63,981 nt of DNA, filler included, from Bigelowiella natans CCMP2755 (GCA_000320545.1; 5 parts of 5 records of this genome joined end to end with filler, not necessarily neighbours in it); one strand, 5' to 3'. Shown: positions 24,385 to 37,765, numbered from the whole stretch's first letter. Numbers and translations: made by a program. The notes: generated by a model not told the origin, from the letters alone.

Positions 24385-25931
24385 GAAGGACAACAGCAAC
24401 ACGTAGCACCCTGATCTCTAACTCTCTCTCTCTGCACCAATTTTCCCTTGCCGCAGTTTACCTGCTATCGTCGAGCGATTGGTCGGATAGCGAAAGCATG
24501 CACATATCCTGCAAAGAAGCGATCCGATAATGCGGGTTGTGTTTTGAAGGAAAACAAAATACACAAACGAAAAAAACACAAGGCATCTTGGTGTTGCACG
24601 TGTAATCTTTCTAGGGGGTTTCCACGGCAGGTCCGAATTTCGTCCGATTTTCATCCGAGCGCATTCGCCACACCATCCATACACCACACCGACACTAGTG
24701 TATACCTGCTTGAGTTCCCCGGCAACTACTTGCACGAATGACGTCTTCCCACATCCCGGCGGGCCATAGAGGAGATACCTACAGGATGGATGGGTGACAG
24801 ATTTCAGAAGACACGGCAGCAGCATGCGGCGATGGTGTCCATTCCTACACGTATCATATGCCGACAATCGTCCTTTTTGTATTTGGGTTGTGTAATTATA
24901 ATAAGGGAGGGGGAGGGGTCCGCGAGACGGCTCAATTACCCCCTTCTGTAAGGTATTCCTCGATCCGAGTACCACTTTCGCGACCTAAGATTGGTTCATT
25001 GATTAATTGGCCGATCACTTGACGTCTAACCTTCATCACTACTAATGTCATCTCTCCTCCCCCTCTTCTTCTTCTCCTTCTCCTGCTCGCGTACGTGAGG
25101 AAGGTGCGCGCGTCGTGCAGAAGCTCGTCGGAGATGCTGCTATCCAGGACGACCTATGTGGTGGTGGTGGTGGGTGACGATGATAGCGATAGTGACACGA
25201 TTACGCGGGGGATGATCCTATCTGACAACACTGTCTTTCCACTGATCTATGGTGGGCATTAGCAATAATGGTGGATGCGAGCGTGCATCGCCTTTACTTC
25301 ATGCTTTCGATGTCGGAAACTCTCGCTCTAACATGCCGCGCACAGAATGGCTGCGTTTGATTGGCGGCCTCACTCACAGTGGACTTCTCCCTGGGCGGTT
25401 TCGACATCGCACGCTCCCACCCCCCCATCCACCCATTCGAGAGGACGAAGATGTTGAGCTCGCCTGGATATGAGGGGCGGAGGGCGGGGGAGGAAAATGC
25501 ACATAAACGCAGGGAACTGCAAGGTCTCCGTTGAAGACGAAACACGTGATAGCAATAACCGATCTCTCCGAGTACGTATACGCATAGATACGACCTGAAC
25601 TTTGCTCTATCTTCTCCAGCATAGCATCCTGTGGCGTAGTAGCGAGGGACGAAGAAGATGAGGGGGCGTATGCAATTGACGAATTATCTTCCAAATCGGA
25701 ACCCGCCCCCCTCTATCCTCTCTCCCTCTTTCTACTTCAAAATACCATCCTTGCTACTACTGCTGCTACTTCCACCAATGCTACGGATGCAAGTACTGCC
25801 GCTTCTACCAAAGTAGATCACTACCTTTAAAAGGTCACGGAGGATCTTGTTGTCGCGGCCCCAGCAAGAGAGTACGATGGTCTCCATCGTCAGCGGACGT
25901 CTGTCATATCCCGTCGTTATGGTTTGACCTG

Positions 25932-25976
<45 letters not shown>

Positions 25977-27486
25977 GTGATGGCGGCGATGGTGGGAAGA
26001 TGTCAGGGAGCAGCACCTCCTACAGTACCCATCCCCCCCTTATTGATACGGGTACGACAGCTGCTGTTACTACCCAGTTCTCACCGGTTTACAAATACCA
26101 CTCTTCTACCTTTGCTCCTGACGAGATAGATACGACGGCCTTTGTAGCGGAAAGTGGTCAGCACGTTTCGCGTAGGACGCATATCGAGCTCAGGCGCTTT
26201 CTTCTCCCCGATGCCGTTCCAGCTGTCACGCCACTGGCGGCGGTTCCACTTTAGCTGCAATGGAAGGGGGGGGCGGGGGAGAGAGAGTAAGATTGGTTTG
26301 CCGATACTGGCGACTGTGCGGTGCATCGCCTGCGCACCTTTTTCGTTGTTGCGATTAGAGAGCTTTTGTCTTGTTCGCAGTACCTAGTTTTTGCAGACAA
26401 GGAGAGAAAATGCATTATTGAGAGCTGGAAATATACGCGTAATATATTGATATTGTGTGCGCGCCCGCGCCCGTGTGTGTGCACAAGCAAGTCAAGAAAA
26501 CAGCCGAAATGTAGACTGGAGGAGGTGGGGAGGATCAGAAAGGTAGCTGACTTGGCAACAAAGTCCACGACTGCGTTATAGTTCGCATCGGTATTTTGAA
26601 TCGCGATGGAGCACCAGAACATGGACTCAATGTTTCGCAGTGCCTGAGTAAATGCATGAGGTTCACAGGACACGATACTGAGATTGATGACAAGGTGATA
26701 CTGAAAGGATATTGGGTTCACAGAGTAGCTGGAATTTCCCCCTTATCTCCCCCCCTCTCTCCCTCCCTCCCTCTATCTCCTCTTCTCGACCTGTTGTAAA
26801 ATTTGACGGACTGAATAGACAATGTAGGAGACAACACCCGTTGCAACCTAGGAAATATGTCAAAATGTGGAATATTCAATACATGGGAATTCGAATGGGG
26901 ATAGTGACTAAAACCCCAGCGCAGCCGCGATGGAAGATACACCAACTAGCGGCGAAGAGTTTGGGAGCCGGGCATCTGTTTCTGTATTTTTTGTGTTTTT
27001 GTGTGCTACCATTGACTCCATCATCGGGTTTTTCCGAATGGAATTTATAGCCTATAGAATACAGAAGATTCAGTGAATGGTTATTGGCGAAACTCCGAGG
27101 CCTCTCAAATCCTAGTGCAGCAGGTGCTATCTTTTGCACATGATTGTGTGCTGCCTTTTTTGTCTGCAATGTGCGTACCTCGAAAATTAATATCCTCAAA
27201 GCGGTTGAGGCAGCTAAAACATGCACCCACGCCCACCTAAGACGGAAGATTTTTAAGAGCTCTCTCACCACAGTGCCACTCGATCGAAAGAAAGGGCGCA
27301 GGCATCGTGTCTTTTCTTAGTGACGACACCGACTGGGCGGGATCATTATTCGTACGAGTTTAAAGAGGAAACGCTATAATACCGAGTGATCGATTTCAGG
27401 CGTATGAGGGTCATGACGGCGACCAGGACGGCGCCCGTGGTACCGCCATAACCTGAGGAAGTCAACGTCGACGCAGCAGCTCCCAT
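24182..27486 (-). CDS. BCS1: Mitochondrial chaperone BCS1-like AAA ATPase, 3' truncated by gap; start approximate
   Basis: METIVLSCWGRD, WERAMSKPPR..ST|VVLD..ISDELLHDARTFL, KWYSDRGIPYRR|YLLYGPPGCGKTS (Walker A), APLNSIILLEDVDA (Walker B). Confidence 0.9.
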
Positions 27487-27724
27487 GATCGGTTCCCTTT
27501 CCCTTGAGATTTTGGTTCGAGTCGGCAGCTCGGCTTTGCTCTTTTTTCCTCTCAATGAGCCATGTCGCCGTTGCAAAACCCCATTGCATTAGGACATTCT
27601 CGCGAAGAGGGTTCCCAAATTCTGACTCGTGCGACTCGTTCAAACTCTTTGTCGCATCCTCAAAACTTCCTCGACCTTCCTGCACCTGACGGCAGAAAGT
27701 TCCTGGAGCGCGATTTTCCTGAAA

Positions 27725-29264
27725 ATGTCGGCAAGTCGAGACGAGAAGGACCCGCAGATCGTCCAAATGCCAATATCACATAGATCTACTCTATCTACTG
27801 GACGTCTTCATGAGCCAAGCCGAGAAATTAGCTGCGTTGTCGATGTCAAAGGGAAAGGGGAATGAGAAGAAACAGTCGGAAAACAGCACGTCCTTTCCGT
27901 CTTCCGCGGCGAAGATCCTTGACAATCTTTATCTCACAGCTGTAGGTAAACCAAATTGTAATTGCAGCTGAAAAACATTGATTTAGTACGGTTTCATCTC
28001 TTCTGCGGTCAGGCCCAGCAGAGAACCCCGAATTTCTAAAGGTGCTTACACTTCTCATAATTGCATCCCAAACTAAAATTACAGTGAAGAAACCACCCTG
28101 ATGATATTTTCTCCTTGTCTTTGGCAGAACTGCGGGATAACTCACATTCTCAATCTAACCGGTCCTGGAAGATCAGGGAAGCCCAGGTAGAAACTGCCGA
28201 TACTTTTGGTCTGTATGCTATATGGAGCATGTACATTCCCGTTAGATGTAAGCGTTACGAGCGTTTTTTAATTTTTACTGAAAATCTGTGCGAACACCAG
28301 GTACCCGAAGATTGAAGATGTGCATGGCAAACTTCCGGGTTATCTGCACATCTGCAAACGTGACGAAGAAGACGTAGACATAAAGGTTTTTTGATGAGAT
28401 TTCATACGATGATGATTCTGAGACATTCGACATGCTAAAAAACCGCTGGGATCCCACAAGTGAGCTGAATAAACATTGTATTTCCATCCAGGAATACTTA
28501 GAAAAGGGTCATGAGTTCATTTGGAACGCAATTGGGGACCGAAGTAGTGATAAGGGGGGGGATGCGTCGGAGGGGAAAACCAGCAACATTGCATTGGTGC
28601 ACTGCGAGGCAGGAATTAGTCGCTCTTCCACCACAGTTATCACGTAAGTTTCTCGCCTTTGGTTCTTCTCGATTTTTAACAAATCATTCAATTCGTTAGT
28701 GCGTACATGATAGAGTGTCCTTTTGACGCACTGTAGGTATCTTATGAAGTACAATGGGATGAGACTTTCCGAGGCATACGATCTTGTGAAGAAGGTGGTC
28801 ACGTGCGCTGATATATCGCGCTGAATAAAACAAATGAAGTTTTATTCCACAAAAAATGGATAGTTTTCCATCTTCCCTAATGAGAAAGTAACACAATTAA
28901 TCTGCTGCTACGGGCTGTGCATGTAATTTTGGAGCTAGAAAATTTTAGTGGAAGCGATAAGTCTGATTTGGCATTTCATTTCCAGAGAAAGAGCAATGTT
29001 GGGCCGAATGCTGGATTTTTTCGTCAGTGCATCGAGTTGGACAAGAAGTTGGTACAATCAAGTGGCGGCAAGTATCCAGATGATAAGGCGATTGAGATTG
29101 AGCGATACCTCGCCAAGCAGCTCGTAGATACTGGAGGCATGTTTTCCACGCATGCAAAATCGGGAAAGATCACTGTTGATGATGTTTACAAAGACTTGAA
29201 GTCGAACGGCTGTGACATCCAGGCAACTCAAATGAAGTTCATGAATTTGCTATTTTCCTCTTGA
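27725..29264 (+). CDS. Dual-specificity protein phosphatase
   Basis: KILDNLYL, GITHILNLT, LVHCEAGISRSSTTVIT|YLMKYNGMRLSEAYDLVKK|RKSNVGPNAGFFRQ (HCx5R active site). Confidence 0.92.
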
Positions 29265-29399
29265 TCTGTTTTGGTGCAGTAGGAGTGTGTTGTCTACTCC
29301 AGTTTGTCATCATCGTCAAAACATATCACTCGTATGCAACTGTCATTTTGTGAAATCAATAAATCATCATGTGAAGGGGGTGTAACGTGACTGTAGGAC

Positions 29400-31140
29400 G
29401 GTGTTGAGTGTTGGAAAGCAAGATGGAAAGAGACTTGACTAGTTGATGATGAACTGCACTTTCAAAGCGTTGCAATGAACGATGATCGAACAATGAACAA
29501 AGCATTGATGCAAATCCGCACACAATGAACAATGAACAATGAACAACACATGAATGAAGTCTTGATGCAAAACCACGTGAGCAAGAACTAGAGAACCACA
29601 TGGGAGACATGCATTTTCACGCAGCGTGCAGCGCCTCAGTGAAAATCATTGCGAGGACTTGTCAGCATCCTGTTGGTGTTGAGCAACTCAACTGGCAAGT
29701 GTCTCACAACCAAGAAAGCTGGGGACAATGAACCAGGGCCAGGTGAACTGCCTGTCAATTGGAACAATGAACAATGATCAACTAGATCTGCATTGGACAA
29801 TGATGACAAACTGCATTTCCAAAGTGTGACAAGACGTTTGTTGCAATGTGCGAAACGTGCGTGGTGCCTCGAACTGACTTCAGTGAGGACCAACCAGTGA
29901 AACCAGAAGGAATCAAGAGTGGCTTCTGGGACTAGGAGATCTCCTTCTGGGACTGGGGTTGCGTTCTTTGTTCGAACGCTTTCTTTCCGCGTTGAATTGT
30001 CGCATCGGCGACGATCCTCTCGTCGATCTCTCTCATCAGCGTCATCTGAAACATCACGTCTGCGACGACCTTCTCTTCGATCTCGCTTTTCAGTGTCAAC
30101 CTGCTTCGAGAAATTTCTCACGCGCGATTCCATTCGGAAAATCCTCGTCCATCTTTCCAGAGATGCATCCTCCATTTCCAGTTTCGTTTTCTTTCGTGGC
30201 TTTTCCTTCATTTGCCAACTTGTGTCAGGACTGTGATTTCTCTTTGCTTTCTTCTTCCCGCAATGCTCCTTTTTTGACTTTCACTTTTTCTTCTTCTTGG
30301 ACTTTGCCAAGCAAGAACACCCTCCCTTCAGACCCTGATTGACGTGCAAGTGAACCCATCTAGCCATGGACCACACCTTCATGGTCTTTGTGGATTTGCG
30401 ATTTGCGATCTTCACTGGGACCAATGACGCCATCCTCAACCTCTCCACCCTTCACGGAGATGTTGGAACTGATGGATGACATCAAGTTGGAGGAGGAAAC
30501 ATTCATCATTGCGGATTTCATCCGGAAGCATCCTTCACTTGGCAACCGACAGTCACCGGTGGCTGGGATGACACGTCAGTCCATCCCACTGGCGAACAGG
30601 AATGTGGTTCAGAGACAGGGGGAAAAGTCACCCGCGCCACCGAACCCCCCCCCGCACATCCATCACCACATCGGCGAAGGCAACTTTCAACTTGGAGGTC
30701 AGCGAAAGTGAGTCAAAGTGCATGCGAGAACCACAATGAACAATGAACAATGAACAATGAGAACAATGAAACAATGAAACAATGATGAAAAACTGCATTT
30801 CCAAAGTGTAGCAAGACACTTGCAGCGTGCAAAATGCAGTGCCTCGAACTGGTTTCAGTGAGGACTGTGACTAGCAAATCAACTAGGTGGTTTGCCAAAA
30901 TGGCATGACTTGGTCATTGAGAAGCAATGACATTGGCAGCAAAATTCTGACGGCGCAAGACCTCCACTCTGAGCAAAAACTTCCTGAAGGCCATGTCCAC
31001 AATGAGAACAACAATGAAACAATGAAACAATGAAACAATGATGAAAAACTGCATTTCCAAAGTGCAGCAAGACACTTGCAGCAAAACTGCACTTCATGTC
31101 ATGACAATCACCGTGGATCACTTCGGTGCAACAAAACACT
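29400..31140. repeat. Degenerate, TpA-purged repeat or element relic with (AACAATG)n arrays and repeated CTGCATTTCCAAAGT units flanking a decayed ORF-like core
   Basis: Repeat units near 29454, 29811, 30793 and 31049. AACAATG arrays at about 29523, 29763, 30733 and 31010. Core ORFs lack Tyr. Only 8 TpA in 29401-31140. Confidence 0.7.
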
Positions 31141-31368
31141 CGTAGATCTAGCTGGGAAGTCAAGGGCGCGAACAGCACAACTAACAACTAACTGACTGGA
31201 TCTAACGACACGAACACTCAACGCATGAAGTCATGTTGCAGATCCAAAGCAACGTTACTTTTCGGTTTCGATCGATGCGCGATCAAGCCGCGCAGCACCT
31301 GTGACTTTTCCCCTGCGACAACCCAAAAACTCACAAAAAGTCATTAAAAGTCACAGACTCCTCAGTGA

Positions 31369-32001
31369 ATGAGCCCCTTCCCTCTGCGGGCAGCACTCGT
31401 TGCTGTCCAACTGTCATGGTTGGAAGGGGGGCTTGCGTCACCTGATTCGCTGGGAACAGGTAAGTTGATCGATGGCAGCGACCTTGACTCCGGAATCCAT
31501 GAGGGCGACAGCTTCGTCGGGCTCCTCGGATTGCAGCACCACCATCTCCCGCATGGGCACACCCCACACATCCACCGACCGACTCCCAAACCCTCCTTCG
31601 CCCCAACAATCACATTCGCTCCCTCCTTATCTCCCGCTACATTTACACCATCCCTTGCCCCTGCCACATTTGCGCCTTCGTTGGCGCCCAGTTCGAGCAG
31701 CCCAGTGACCTACGCCCCTTCCATAGCGCCCTCTACTACCGGACCATCCCGCTCACCGGCGACTAATAATCCCTCGCTCACGCCGTCGACAGCTTCACCC
31801 TCCACATCATCTCCAACCTCCACCCCGTCTACATGTTCACCAAGCACTCTCTCTCCAGCGTCCCAGTCCCCCTCTATATCCCCCAGAACGCTTGCGCCGA
31901 CGACATGCGCCCCCATCACGGGTAAGCGGGGAACGAATGAATGGAAAATTGTGTGAAGGATGTGTGAGCTGCCTGTGATGTTGTGATGTAATCGCTTCTC
32001 C

Positions 32002-32036
<35 letters not shown>

Positions 32037-32889
32037 GAAATTCATATTTTACCTCGAAGGTTCTCCATCACACAGTCCACAATCTGCGAGCCCATCGCTA
32101 GCACCGTTCACCGAGTCCCCTTCGCTGCCTGGGGAAACGAGTAATATTTCGCAGGAGTGTTATAAGGGAGGGAGAAATAGAGTTCTAACTAACAAGAATA
32201 TAAAACATGAAAATAGATGGGGGGTAATTGCGAAACCAGAGATTGAGAATGAGTTAACGAGTAAGCCAGAGGAAATAATATATATATATATATATATATA
32301 TTTATTGATTGAGAGAGAGAGAAAAGAGAGAAGAGTTTTGGGGTTTAGGAAGAGGTTACATGCAGGGGAAACTGTCTGTCGATATCTAACTAAAGATTTG
32401 GTGCTTGCTACAACCCTCCGTTATTCGCATATACATATTTTAGGATCGCCAACAAGCACAAATCCTACGCAAGGGCCTCAGACTACATCCCCGAGCTTAG
32501 CGCCCGCACTTCCCTCACCATCTCCTTCGAGTTCACCTGCAACTATGTCTCCATCGTCTAGCAAGCCAACGCTCTCTCCGCAAACACAGAGTCCCAGCCT
32601 TGCACCTTCCACGGTAATAATGATGGTATAGCTAGAATGTAGGCATCTATTATTGCTAGCTGCTGTTGCTGTTGGTGCTTCTGCTATTGTGGCGTATCAC
32701 CTTCTCGTGGCACTACTAGAGTAAACCAACGAGCATATCAGTGATTGCTGCATAGCCTTGTAACTATCTCTTGGACTGAATGAACCTTGTGCTTTCCATG
32801 CTGCGAAATCTTCCAATATAGGCCGCTCCGGTGTCGTCCTTAGTCACAAGTTGGCAAGACGGTTTCTGCCTAAATGCAAACGGGTAAAA

Positions 32890-32932
<43 letters not shown>

Positions 32933-35279
32933 CTCGACGATACGAAAATTAGTTCAACGCATGAGCACGCATGCGGTGAAATTCCCCAGCGCGTGCGGGA
33001 GTGAACTCCCTGTGGTGTTTCCTAGTCGCATAATATCGTCGGACTCCCTAGTCCAACAACAGTTTACAACTACTCGTTCGTAGGGGAGACCAGAATAATA
33101 TGGATGTAGTGCAGCGGTATATTTCGACAAGCACCCCGCTCGCTCAGGTCCTCAGCCCAACAAACAGAAACTAAATGCACACTTGGAAGATACGTTGGCC
33201 TCAGCGCACAATCGCTGGCACCGGCAATTGCGTCCTAAGCGTGTTTATTTTTCTGAAACGAGTTTTCCACATCCCATTAGAATCTGGATGCTTGCTTGCA
33301 AAAGTGCTTGGAGGCTATCAAAACCTCTACGCGCGGCGGAACCGCCTGTGAATTGAATCTAGTGAGTAGCACTAAGGGGGTGCAAACATCATGTTTTAAT
33401 TTACAACTAGAATGACTCGCTAATGATTAGAAGCAGGGTCTCAGTGTGTTTATCTGTTTCTCTATACAATGTATGACACATATCCTGGAAAAAACTCGAG
33501 ATATTTTCCATATTCTTTCACGCCGTAGAAACTTTTGATTATTCTTAATACTTGTGCTTCTCTGAGAATACATTGTACTATGGAATCAGGCTGCAAGAAC
33601 TTGCGGTTTGCATTGGGCAGATGTATCGAAAGGTATGGTCTCTCCTTGAATGTTTTGGGCCTTTAGGATAGATGCGCACACCGTAGTATACCGGGCCATT
33701 TTGCTTCTCTCTGTGCCCGGTTCTTAGTCGTCCAACCTCTGCAACACGGCTGCAAATCATATCTCTATCTGCCTCTCCCTAGCTTAAAATGATAATATTT
33801 TTGTGCAGGAAACAACGTGGGGAATCACTGGTGTATGGTTTTTGATATCTCACTCGCACCGGTGACTGCTGCCCCAGTGATTCCCACGAAGGCGCCCACC
33901 TCCAAATCGCCGTTTACTGCAGCACCGTCATTGACCCCCCTCACAATCGCACCAACCACACTGCATCCGAGCGGTTCTCCGACGTCCGCCGCCCCGACTA
34001 CTATTAGCCCGACCTACGCGCCTCTTCCCCACATCTATCAGGACCAAACATCGTTGGTGGTGTGGGGCGATCGTATCAAGGGTGGACGAGTACTGAGCCC
34101 CGCCACTTGGCAACGGTTAATAAGGGGGGAGGGGTTGGTGCGCGTCTTCCCTGGCCCCCTCGGCTTTGCAGCCGTTATGATCGACGGCGAGGTCGTTATG
34201 TGGGGCGATCCATCAATGAGCGGCGCGTGGACATTACCAAACCAGACATCTCTGTTACTGAAGAAGGAACGAGTTCGCCGAATCCTGGGAAACGATTACG
34301 GCTTCGTGGCGTTGACGGAAAGCAACAAAGCCATCTCTTGGGGCAGGGCGTTCGGAAATGAGACAGTCGGGGCCAATGTTGTCGCTGCTTCCTGTTGCGC
34401 ATTCGCTGCAGTGACTAGCGACACCAAAAACCCGGTTGTGGCGTGGGGAGCTCCTGAAGCAGGTAATCATGATCTGTGAGAGAAATCTAGATGTTATCCG
34501 TTTAGCTGGAATATATTATCATCTCACATTGGCCTGTAGACGCTGATGTACTGCTTGCGTATTTTGTGCTGTCTAGGCGGTTATAATCCCTACACCAACG
34601 TGAGTCGCAGCGGTTCTGAAGCGAAAACAAATATCTCGTTTACCTGCGGGCAGACAGAGGTGGCTGCGCATGGTATTATTCCCTCGAAAAGCATACCGTT
34701 GACATTTTCCAGGGAGCAGCTTGGTAACGATACCAGCATGCAAAGTAACTTCACTGTGGAAGAGCACCCCCCGGCGGATTGTATAACCTTGCAATGTAGA
34801 CCCTATCCCGATCTAGCAGCGCTGAAGAAGGCTTGCTACAGCCTCGCAGGCTGCACGGGGTTTGAAATCGCCTCAAATGCAACCAGTCAACCCGCTGAAA
34901 TGAACGTCGCTGTTTACGGAATAGCGACGCAGAGTGTCGTTTATAACAACAGAGGTGCGTACTTTGCAATAGACGGAAACACGGCCTCCAGTGGATTGAC
35001 GGCTGATCCAGGGTTCTCCTGCACTGCTACTTACGGGGAGAATCTGTGGTGGCATGTGCATTTAGGCGATACTTTTAATATTACCGTCGTCAAGGTTTTC
35101 TCCCGCAGGTAAGGGAGATAGGAAACACAGGGATAGTAATCACACACACATATGCACACACATATGCACACACATACGCGTGCGCGAACTATTTCGACTT
35201 CTTTCCATTAGCAACTCATCACTTCCTTCAACATACCCTTCATAGACACACTTTTGGTTAAAGTGGATACCGCACACAC
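31369..35279 (+). CDS. Large secreted or surface protein: Ser/Thr/Pro-rich repeats, RCC1-like WG repeats and an F-type lectin (fucolectin-like) domain; truncated by gap
   Basis: Hydrophobic N-terminus and PS.APT repeats. GFAAVMIDGEVVMWG and AFAAV...VVAWG repeats. NVAVYGIATQS...AIDGNT...CTAT...WWHVHLG...VKVFSR. Confidence 0.75.
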
Positions 35280-35379
35280 NNNNNNNNNNNNNNNNNNNNN
35301 NNNNNNNNNNNNNNNNNNNNNNNTTAATTAATTAANNNNNNNNNNNNNNNNNNNNNNNNNNNNNNNNNNNNNNNNNNNN
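35280..35379. other. Assembly spacer
   Basis: N run with TTAATTAATTAA. Confidence 0.97.
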
Positions 35380-36663
35380 GGAGGAGGAGGAGGAGGAGGA
35401 GGAGGAGATCCCGGCAGCGACGACGCGATGATGGCCACCTAGACAGTATAACAACATGATGCAGCGATGAGGATGCGCTCTCTGCCTAAGACACGCGCAA
35501 TAGTGCGGTGCACAAGCGCCACGCGTCCTTTTGAGATGGCCGTGACGTGATATTTTCCGTATGAAGGCGGGGAGAGGGGAGGAGGGAATGGGGAAAAGGA
35601 TGCTCTCTCGTTAGTCATAGGAGGCCATGTGTGTTGCTTGCTAGGTTTTTGCCGATGAAGAGGAAAACGACTTTACGGGGAAGGCATGGATACGGGTAGA
35701 AGCGGGGAGAGAGGGGGGGGGGTGGGCGAGGGAGTGTAGCATTAGATTTCTTCATTATTCTCATTCTCCTTTCCCGCTGGGAAGCTCTCGCTATCCTCCA
35801 CATCGACAGAAACCATAAGAAAAAATACCCTTCCGGAAAAACAACAAACAAAAAACAAGGAAAGCGAGAGGGTGGCGCGGAACATCAGATATTAAGGAGG
35901 GACGGAAACATTATGATGATGATGATGATGATGATGATGATCACTCCATAGGTTGAGCCCGAGGACATCGCTGTGAAGGCGCACGCGACAATGCAGGGCG
36001 CTGTGCTTCATGGAGGTGCCAGTTGTGCTAGGCATCATGATGATGAGGGCCAAACGGCCGATATATGGGGATAGTACTCGGGGATGGAGGAAGGGGGGGG
36101 GGGGGGGGCGGCTCGGCGCCTCATCGCCATAGCTCTTTCGTCTCTGTTACGACCGTCATAGATAGCTACGACTATATTGTTTGCCTTGAAATCCATTGGT
36201 TCCGCTGCTGCAATTGCTCTCGTGCTGTGGTTGGGGTTGTGCGTCGAGCTGAGCTCACCATCATTCGATCTACTTCCCTAATCCTCCTTCCCCCCCCCCC
36301 CCCTCCTCGTCGTCGGTTTCTCGAATCTCTTTACCGGCAGTCAGTGCCATTGCAACTATGCCCCTCCGCTTTTGTATTTTGCCCCTCCTGATGAGTGTGT
36401 GTGTGTGTGTGTGTTTGCGCGCGCGCGCCCGTGTGTTTTGTAAATATCATGTTATCTTTCAGGATACATCAGTATTGACATTCGGCCGCTCATTGGGACG
36501 ACGTGCTCAGCTCTTTTCCAACCAGAACAAAAATGGTAGCAAATCCTCGAGGCGATTCGGTCTCCCCCTGCGTCGTAGGAGTTGTAATAGTGATGATTTC
36601 TGGAGTATATACATACATTTCATGCACACAAATGTAGATGTTACTACTCCGTCTTCCGTCCCG

Positions 36664-36701
<38 letters not shown>

Positions 36702-37490
36702 CTAAAGGTATCCCGCTGTGATTCTCGACGCGAGACGATCCGAGTGCATGGCCGCCATCGAGTACAAAGTGCAGTTCCAGGGGTACGTGTAGAAAGGACA
36801 TTGACGATAATTTTGCCCCCGATTTCGTTTTGCGTTGCTCGGCAAAACTCAAAGCTCAATGATACTATCCGCGCTCCGTCGCACCTCGCGCGGGCGGTGT
36901 CCGTTTCCAATTTCCTCCTATTTTTCTTTTTCTTTTTTGGTGATTCCTAATCCCCCCACCCCCTGCCCCTTTCCCACACGAAAAAATTTCCGCTACCCTC
37001 TCTACAAAGACTGCCCTTGCCATCTGTGATTGTGCATGTTCTGCCAGTTTTGAAGGCGACTACTACTGTGTGCGGGGGGAGGAGGTCAAAGACATCGCGA
37101 TTGACCACGCGCGACTCTCGGCCTATTCCTTTGGTAGAGACGGGGAGTTTGCGAGTCGAGCTTCTGGAACAAGGGAGCGGCCTTTGAATGTGTCGTTCTC
37201 TCCAGCGCGCCGTAGTCACCACCGCAGAAGAAGCTATGCTGATTCTACTGGCCTCAGTAATGGTGTGTGCCGCGACCCCAGCCTGGGAAAGGGCAGGGAC
37301 GGCGAGAGCAGGGGTAGATCATCATTTAGTGATGAACCAGATATTGGAGAGATTCTGCCCAAGTACGGCGAAAAGACTTATGATGTCGAAGAGAAAGGTG
37401 GAGCGCGAGGCAGGGAGGAAGGAGATGTGATCTTACTGTGCCCTGACTTCCGTCGGCTGGGCAAGTGCAGGTCGGTGGCGCAAAGATGCT

Positions 37491-37533
<43 letters not shown>

Positions 37534-37765
37534 CACGCACACACACACACACACGCACACACACACACACACGCACACACACACACGGCACATTTCAAGT
37601 AAAAGATGCGCGTGAGGCTTTTACTTTCCCTACCAAAGAATTTATAAAATCGGCGGGGTACTCACCGAGGAGCAGCATCGTTGAATCGTTATCACCGACT
37701 CGAATTTTGCCTCATTTATTAGGAATGGAGACAGGTGCGAGTATTCCCATGATGTACAAATATGA
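35380..37765 (+). CDS. 3' part of a protein with a probable TM segment and a C-terminal CCCH zinc finger
   Basis: Spliced CPDFRRLGKC|RNGDRCEYSH (C-x8-C-x5-C-x3-H) ending at TGA 37763-37765. Upstream exon IATTILFALKSIGSAAAIALVLWLG is hydrophobic. Confidence 0.6.

Noticed and set aside
29636-30711. ORFs of 105-191 aa as functional genes
   Set aside because: Loss of TpA removes TAA and most TAG stops, which inflates ORF length on both strands. No Tyr and no recognisable domain.
29450-31100. CRISPR-like or telomeric array suggested by the AACAATG repeats
   Set aside because: There is no constant repeat-spacer periodicity and no cas genes. The context is eukaryotic, and the units are better explained as degenerate simple repeats.
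32828-33864. Apparent 1-kb insertion flanked by a CCGGTG target-site duplication
   Set aside because: The interval contains plausible GT-AG-bounded exons. The repeat just reflects recurrent Ala-Pro-Val codons.
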